Part shown: positions 56,965 through 62,171 of the stretch, in pieces
Layout of the letters: every line of letters begins with the position of its first letter
Position numbering within the stretch: position 1 is the stretch's first letter
Assembly: GCA_013203845.1 (NCBI GenBank)
Contig: JABMPE010000622.1
Span: 1-62,171 of the forward strand
Origin: Rhodopirellula sp.
Lineage (GTDB): Bacteria; Planctomycetota; Planctomycetia; Planctomycetales; Planctomycetaceae
Length of the DNA: 62,171 nt
Reading direction: 5' to 3'
Notes under the pieces: generated by a model
Seen by the model: only the letters and a program-made list of their open reading frames with translations
Told to the model about the DNA's origin: nothing
Database searches by the model: none
Program-made: the position numbers and the translations under genes

Positions 56965-59421
56965 ATGATCTCCATCGGAAGTCCCATCTGGCTGATTCCT
57001 GCGGTGATCGTTGCCGTCACGGGCGTGCTGCTGGTCTGGAAAGCTGCTGGAAAAGGAAATGCGCCTGAGCGGGTTCGGCGTCTGGCCGGAGCGCTCAAAG
57101 TTTTCGCGTTGTGTCTGCTGGCGATCTGTCTGATCGAACCTGTGTGGAGCGGCGTTCATCCGCGACCGCATTCGAATCTGTTTCTCGTTCTGACAGACAA
57201 CAGCCAGAGCCATACTCAGGAATCAAGCGATGATTCTGGCGGATCAACACTGGCGACTCAGTTCAAGGCCACGTTGAAGCCGACGCCTGATTCGTGGCTG
57301 GATCGTCTCGGGCAGGATTTCGAAGTTCATCAGTTTGCGTTTGATCGCCGTGTCAAAACCGTTCGGGCATTCGACGAGTTGGACTGGACCGGCGAGGCGT
57401 CCGCGTTGAAGGGAGCTTTGCAATCGCTGGACCACCGTTTTGAAGGGCGGAATGTCGGCGGCATCGTGCTGTTAAGTGACGGCAACGCTACCGACCTGAC
57501 GCTCGACAATCTGAATGACAGTTTCGACGACGCAGAATTGCCGCCGGTTTACCCCATTCTGTTTGACCGGAATTCATCGTTGCCGGATGTCGCCATCGAA
57601 TCGGTGTCGATCAGCGAAACGCCATTTGAAGATGCTCCGGTTTCGCTGCAGTGCGACGTGCGGGTCCATGATCTGAGCATGCAGCGTATTACGTCGTCGG
57701 ATTTGCTCGTGGAATGTTGTCTGCTGGATGCTGATGGGAAGACGGTCAAGACCGAACGAATGGCGATCAGCGATCCGGAAGCGACGTTACCGTTTCGATT
57801 TCAGTTTCGCCCGATCAAAACCGGCGTTGCATTTTATCGACTGCAGGTCACCACATTGGAACTCGGCGAGGGCGACGACACGCCGCTCAAGGAAAGCATG
57901 CTGGCGAACAATTCAAGAATTGTGAAGGTCAACCGAGGCTCCGAGCAGCATCGCATTCTGTATGTTTGCGGTCGACCAAATTGGGAGTTCAAATTTCTGC
58001 GGCGTTCGGTCGAGGAAGACGATCAGATCGACCTTGTCGGGATGATCCGCGTGGCGAAGCGTGAAGCGAAGTTCGACTTCCGGGGTCGTGACGGGCAGTC
58101 CAGCAACTCGCTGTTTCGAGGTTTCAAAGGTGAAGCCGACGAAGAAACGGAAAAGTTCGACGAACCCGTCATCGTCAGGCTGAACACGAAAGATGCCAAT
58201 GAGCTGCGGGCGGGTTTTCCGAAAGATGCGAAGGACCTGTTCGGATTCGACGCGTTGATTCTCGACGACATTGAAGCAGCATTCTTCAATCGGGATCAGC
58301 TGACACTGATTGAAAAGTTTGTCAGCGAACGCGGCGGCGGACTGCTGATGCTCGGCGGTGCCGAGTGTTTTCAGACCGGTGACTATGAGCGAACTCCCGT
58401 CGCCGATGCGTTGCCGGTTTACCTGGACCGGACGCAGTTTCCTGATCAGGCTTCCGATTTGACGCTCGATCTGACTCGTGAAGGCTGGCTGCAACCGTGG
58501 GTGCGGCTTCGTCCGACAGAATCCGACGAACAGGACCGACTCAAAACGATGCCCAGGTTCCGAACGCTCAATCCGACTCAGGGCATTAAGCCAGGAGCGT
58601 CGGTGATGTCGACCGTTTCGAATTCGAACGGCGAACACTGGCCGGCGCTGGTGACGCAGTCGTATGGTCGCGGTCGTTCTGGAGCGATGCTTGTGGGAGA
58701 CCTGTGGAGGTGGCAGATCACTCGGGCGGAAGAACAGCCCGAAGACTTGCCTAAGGCCTGGCGACAGATACTGCGATGGTTGATCGCCGATGTGCAGCAG
58801 CGAGTTGGTGTCGATCTTGTAACAGCCGAAGACGTCGCTCCGGAAGCGGTGCGTATAAACGTTCGAGTGGTGAATGAAGAGTTCCTGCCGCTAGACAATG
58901 CTCAGGTGAAAATCCGAGTGACTGGTCCGGCAACGCTCACGAAGGATGACGTCACGCAGGTGAAAGCGTCATTTGTGGATCCACTCGCGGATGCATCAAC
59001 GACGGAACCGGCTGAAGAAGTCGTCTTGAATGCCGAGGCTTCACTGAATGAACCGGGTGTCTATTCGGCGGTGTTCGTGCCGAAGGAAGCGGGAGCGTGG
59101 ACCATCGAGGCGGAGGCCGTCACCGGTGATGGCGGGAAACTGAAGGCCGACAAAGCTGGCTGGATTTACGAGCCCGAGGTTCAGGAGTTTCAGCGGTCGG
59201 GAGTCAACGAAGAATTACTCACAAAGCTGGCAGAAAAATCAGGTGGTGAAATAGTTCAAGAGGATGCGCTCGATGCTTTTGTGTCAATACTTCAAAGCAA
59301 GCCGATGCCCATCGTTGAAGCGTGGACGATGCCGCTGTGGGATCAGCCGCTGGTGTTTCTGATCGTGCTGGGATGTCTTGTCGGCGAGTGGGGATTGCGG
59401 CGTTCCAAAGGGCTACCATGA
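56965..59421 (+). CDS. Membrane protein with a GATase1-like (DUF1355-type) domain; member of the MoxR/Bat-type cluster
   Basis: N-terminal TM helices and GIVLLSDGNATD. RILYVCGRPNWEFKFLRR...FDALILDDIEAAFFNRDQLTLIEKFVSERGGGLLMLGG is typical of the non-catalytic GATase1-like domain in these clusters. There is a C-terminal TM helix. Confidence 0.75.
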   Translation: MISIGSPIWLIPAVIVAVTGVLLVWKAAGKGNAPERVRRLAGALKVFALCLLAICLIEPVWSGVHPRPHSNLFLVLTDNSQSHTQESSDDSGGSTLATQFKATLKPTPDSWLDRLGQDFEVHQFAFDRRVKTVRAFDELDWTGEASALKGALQSLDHRFEGRNVGGIVLLSDGNATDLTLDNLNDSFDDAELPPVYPILFDRNSSLPDVAIESVSISETPFEDAPVSLQCDVRVHDLSMQRITSSDLLVECCLLDADGKTVKTERMAISDPEATLPFRFQFRPIKTGVAFYRLQVTTLELGEGDDTPLKESMLANNSRIVKVNRGSEQHRILYVCGRPNWEFKFLRRSVEEDDQIDLVGMIRVAKREAKFDFRGRDGQSSNSLFRGFKGEADEETEKFDEPVIVRLNTKDANELRAGFPKDAKDLFGFDALILDDIEAAFFNRDQLTLIEKFVSERGGGLLMLGGAECFQTGDYERTPVADALPVYLDRTQFPDQASDLTLDLTREGWLQPWVRLRPTESDEQDRLKTMPRFRTLNPTQGIKPGASVMSTVSNSNGEHWPALVTQSYGRGRSGAMLVGDLWRWQITRAEEQPEDLPKAWRQILRWLIADVQQRVGVDLVTAEDVAPEAVRINVRVVNEEFLPLDNAQVKIRVTGPATLTKDDVTQVKASFVDPLADASTTEPAEEVVLNAEASLNEPGVYSAVFVPKEAGAWTIEAEAVTGDGGKLKADKAGWIYEPEVQEFQRSGVNEELLTKLAEKSGGEIVQEDALDAFVSILQSKPMPIVEAWTMPLWDQPLVFLIVLGCLVGEWGLRRSKGLP

Positions 59422-59533
59422 TCACTCGTCCTGGATTTGCGACTCCGTCCAGCGGCTCGTCACTTTGTGTGATGGACTGGCAAAGCTGAAATCAAGCAAT
59501 CTGATACTGATCCGTACGGCTCGCGAGGTGACT

Positions 59534-60655
59534 ATGAGGTTCATCACCCAATCGATCTTCGGTCGTCACCAGGCGGTGGTGTCACTGGTTTTCGGAGTTC
59601 TGATGCCTGTCTGTTCCCACTGCTTCGCGGCGGATGGTGATTCTGTCAGATCGGCGAAAGCGGCCCCGGCAGATCGGTTAGTGCTGATTGTTCGCGGTGC
59701 TTCAGGAACGCCGGAATACGGGCAGCTGTTTGATACCTGGAGTGAACGCTGGGAATCGGCTGCGTTGCAGGGCGGGACGCAGGTGCTGCGAATTGGTCCG
59801 AAAGAATCAGGTGGTGGTGGGACGAGCCAGGCGGTGACTGAGCCGATTGACGCCGATCGAAACTCCATCGAACTGGCTCTGCGTGAGGCTGCGAAAGAGG
59901 CTCAGTCGAAACAATTGAACGAGTTGTGGATCGTTCTGATCGGGCACGGGACGTTTGACGGCAGGCTGGCGCGGTTCAATCTGCGAGGTCAGGATATCAG
60001 TGCCGAAGAGCTGGCGAACTGGCTGAATCCAGTTTCCTGTCCGGTGGCGATTGCCAATTGTGCGTCGGCCAGTGGGCCGTTTCTCAAGGCGCTGGCTGGT
60101 CCAGATCGAGTTGTGATCACAGCGACAAAGGCGGGTTCAGAAAATAATTTCGCCCGCTTTGGCGAATACCTTTCTGCTGCCGTTGGCGATTCGACTTTCG
60201 ATCTGGATAAGGACGGACAGACGTCGTTGTTCGAAGCGTATCTGTCAGCCAGCCGACGAACAGACGGATTTTATGAGACGGAAGGTCGACTGGCGACCGA
60301 GCATGCGCTGCTTGATGACAACAGCGATGGGCTGGGAATTCGAGCCGACTTGTTCCGCGGGATTCGACTTGTAAAGAAGGTACAGGGTGGGGCGTCGGTC
60401 GACGGTCGCCTGGCTCATCAGTTTCATCTGGTCCGCAGCGATTCTGAACGACAGCTTTCGTCGCAGACTCGGCAGCTTCGGGACAAACTCGAACTGGCGG
60501 TTATTCAGCTTCGCGATCGCAAGCAATCCTTCGATAGCGAGGACGCTTACTACGCTCAACTTGAAGACCTGCTGGTGAAACTCGCACAAGCGTATGCGGG
60601 TTTCGATTCGACGGTTGAAACGCCAGGTAAACCCATAGGAGCGCGTCTGAAATAA
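59534..60655 (+). CDS. Secreted protein with a possible clan-CD (C13/caspase-like) His-Cys dyad
   Basis: Signal-like N-terminus (VVSLVFGVLMPVCSHCFAADG). LWIVLIGHGTFDG is followed about 40 aa later by VAIANCASASGPF, which fits H-G...A-C spacing. ATG 59534 follows GAGGTG. The upstream part of track ORF 59378 overlaps the previous gene. Confidence 0.55.
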   Translation: MRFITQSIFGRHQAVVSLVFGVLMPVCSHCFAADGDSVRSAKAAPADRLVLIVRGASGTPEYGQLFDTWSERWESAALQGGTQVLRIGPKESGGGGTSQAVTEPIDADRNSIELALREAAKEAQSKQLNELWIVLIGHGTFDGRLARFNLRGQDISAEELANWLNPVSCPVAIANCASASGPFLKALAGPDRVVITATKAGSENNFARFGEYLSAAVGDSTFDLDKDGQTSLFEAYLSASRRTDGFYETEGRLATEHALLDDNSDGLGIRADLFRGIRLVKKVQGGASVDGRLAHQFHLVRSDSERQLSSQTRQLRDKLELAVIQLRDRKQSFDSEDAYYAQLEDLLVKLAQAYAGFDSTVETPGKPIGARLK

Positions 60656-60672
60656 CTTCCCGATTTCTAACG

Positions 60673-60755
60673 GTAAGCTGGAACAAGCACCGCGCAGTTC
60701 CGGCAGCACGACAATCCTGAAATGCCGGAACTGCGCGGTGCTTGTTCCAGCCTAC
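60673..60755. repeat. REPIN-like palindromic element, family A, copy 4 (near perfect)
   Basis: GTAAGCTGGAACAAGCACCGCGCAGTTCCGGCA, a 17-nt loop, then TGCCGGAACTGCGCGGTGCTTGTTCCAGCCTAC. It lies between convergent genes. Confidence 0.85.
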
Positions 60756-60823
60756 GACTCCCTGGTTCGACTTTCGGAAAGTTATTTGGAACACGATCTA
60801 TAGCGATCTGACAGGAAGCCGCT

Positions 60824-61792
60824 TTACTTCAGAAGCTGAACGAGCTGAAACACCACCAGCCCGGCCGCGATGAGAGACAGCCATCCAATCCCGCTGCGGA
60901 GTGAGCGACCCTGCAAACGACCGCTGAGGTCCGAGCCTATTCTCGCCCCGATGGTACCGCCGAACATGAGAGCGACCGTCAGCGCCAGATCAATATTTTC
61001 CTGCAAGGCGTGGGAGATCGTTGCCAGGAACGATGTAATCCAGACAACAATCAACGAGGCCAGAATGGCTTTTTGCGATCGGATATCCAGCAGGTAGACA
61101 AGACCCGGAATCAGCAGCAGTGCTCCACTGATGCCGAGCATTCCTGCGGTGACGCCGGTCACGAAGCCGAACATGGACAGGACGGGAATCGACAGCGTCC
61201 CGACTCCCAGTTCCGGAAACGTGTCGACCGGAGGCAACTTCAAGCGTGCCAGAACACCTCGACCCACAGGGCGACCGACGAGCTGACGTCGCACTTCGTA
61301 AAGGCTGAATGTGCCGATGCCGACCAGCAGGATGAGGTAGGCTCCCATGACGAGCAGTTCGCTGGCCCGAACATTGCGACTATTAATCTGCAACTCGCCA
61401 AACTGACCGGCGGCTTTGAGAATGATCGTCCCCAGCAGCACTCCCATGATGATTCCACCGGTGATGATCAGTGGAAGTCGTAGCTGAAGACTCGTGACGC
61501 GCCGTGCCAGCAGTGCAGCGGTGGATGGACCCAGAACTTGGCAGGCGGTGGAGCCAACAGCCACTTCAATGGGAATTCCCAGGACGACGTGCAGGATCGG
61601 AACCAGCAGAAAGCTTCCGCCCACGCCGAAAATGCCCGACAGACTTCCGACAACAAAGCCGCAGCCCAGAACCAGCAGCAGTTCGTGTGGAAGCAGCACC
61701 CCGAGCACAGTGATCGTTCCTGAAAGTAGCGTGGCAATCCAAACCGTCGCTGTCGGCGGTGGGTCAGATGTAATACTCGATAAAGGGCTCAT
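60824..61792 (-). CDS. TauE/SafE (DUF81) family anion-exporter-like membrane protein
   Basis: About eight hydrophobic helices with duplicated GxGGG-type motifs (GIFGVGGSFLLVPIL; AGMLGISGALLLIPGL). Confidence 0.85.
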   Translation of the reverse strand: MSPLSSITSDPPPTATVWIATLLSGTITVLGVLLPHELLLVLGCGFVVGSLSGIFGVGGSFLLVPILHVVLGIPIEVAVGSTACQVLGPSTAALLARRVTSLQLRLPLIITGGIIMGVLLGTIILKAAGQFGELQINSRNVRASELLVMGAYLILLVGIGTFSLYEVRRQLVGRPVGRGVLARLKLPPVDTFPELGVGTLSIPVLSMFGFVTGVTAGMLGISGALLLIPGLVYLLDIRSQKAILASLIVVWITSFLATISHALQENIDLALTVALMFGGTIGARIGSDLSGRLQGRSLRSGIGWLSLIAAGLVVFQLVQLLK

Positions 61793-61997
61793 CCTGTGAA
61801 TCGTGGTCCGATTCGTCTTCGGCAGGCGATGCTTTTTTCAGCCGACGGAACACCCAGTTCACAATAATTCCCCAGACGATCGGAACCGTCAGACAGGCGA
61901 AAATAAACAGTAACTGAGAGACAAATGGGGGCATTTTCAGATGACGTGCGAGCGTGGATTGGCGGAAAACGAAGAGCGCTGACCCGAGGGACCACAT
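61764..61997 (-). CDS. Small hypothetical membrane protein overlapping the TauE-like start
   Basis: 77-aa ORF with one helix (FVSQLLFIFACLTVPIVWGIIVNWVF) and an acidic tail. It overlaps the downstream gene by 29 nt. An internal ATG at 61934 is an alternative start. Confidence 0.35.
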   Translation of the reverse strand: MWSLGSALFVFRQSTLARHLKMPPFVSQLLFIFACLTVPIVWGIIVNWVFRRLKKASPAEDESDHDSQDEPFIEYYI

Positions 61998-62171
61998 TAG
62001 GGGCCAGGACGCAACGACGTCAACGGGGTGACGTCAGCGATTGTGCGACTGGACGAAGGCTGCTGGTCTCGCGAGACTCGCGCCATCATCGATTTCAGAT
62101 TGGTCACCTGGAAGCGACAATACTTCTCGCGGGCAAGGTTGAGGAATGGCCGATGCCACGACTCTCACCAG

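Noticed and set aside
6869-60755. Whether the recurring palindromic repeats could be a CRISPR array.
   Set aside because: The copies are tens of kilobases apart, each is a self-complementary doublet, there are no regularly spaced unique spacers, and there are no cas genes. They are dispersed REP/REPIN-type elements instead.
62034-62171. Minus-strand reading frames at the right edge of the window. One open frame ends at a TGA near 62034. A short frame ends in a TAATG overlap with the 61997 start.
   Set aside because: Only about 45 codons are visible and no motif is recognisable, so I cannot tell which frame, if any, is a real gene continuing beyond the window.

Overview
This window looks like mostly core chromosome from a moderately GC-rich, diderm-type bacterium. 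The gene content suggests Planctomycetota, but that is inference only: sulfatase-family genes, a MoxR/DUF58/BatA-type cluster with DUF4159, a long-loop TatC, Rho with an N-terminal extension, and many TPR proteins. I recognise the following, in order.

- **1-3.7 kb:** sugar-isomerase-like, cupin-like and sulfatase-like genes.
- **4-10 kb:** coaE, rho, ribH, nusB, coaD and two hsp20 genes.
- **10.4-19.7 kb:** a long co-directional array. It holds thrC interrupted by an in-frame TAG, a transglutaminase-like gene, a Cys-rich secreted protein and a MacB/HlyD-type ABC exporter with two FtsX permeases and a lipoprotein.
- **19.7-20.6 kb:** a decayed sulfatase.
- **20.7-24.5 kb:** ferredoxin-like, GcvH-like, nucleosidase-like and tatC genes.
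- **26.8-30.4 kb:** glycosyltransferase, TPR and amidotransferase genes.
- **31.0-31.8 kb:** an orphan membrane-anchored Swt1-like HEPN protein.
- **31.9-41.4 kb:** ruvX, a DtxR-family regulator, a TPR protein, skp-like, lpxC, lpxA, a Gfo/Idh/MocA oxidoreductase, mgtE and an EVE-domain gene.
- **46.9-60.7 kb:** a large MoxR-centred envelope cluster of unknown function: DUF4159, MoxR, DUF58, a BatA-like vWA protein, a 1375-aa coiled-coil/low-complexity protein, a GATase1-like membrane protein and a putative clan-CD protease.
- **60.8-62.0 kb:** a TauE-like permease.

No rRNA, tRNA, CRISPR array, transposase or integrase was found.

The most notable non-genic signal is several families of intergenic palindromic (REPIN-like) repeats with GTAGG...CCTAC termini, inserted between operon genes. 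The best candidates for undescribed biology are the HEPN-2TM-zinc-ribbon orphan, the expanded MoxR/vWA cluster and the REPIN-like elements. All family assignments are motif recognition by eye and from memory; no searches were run.
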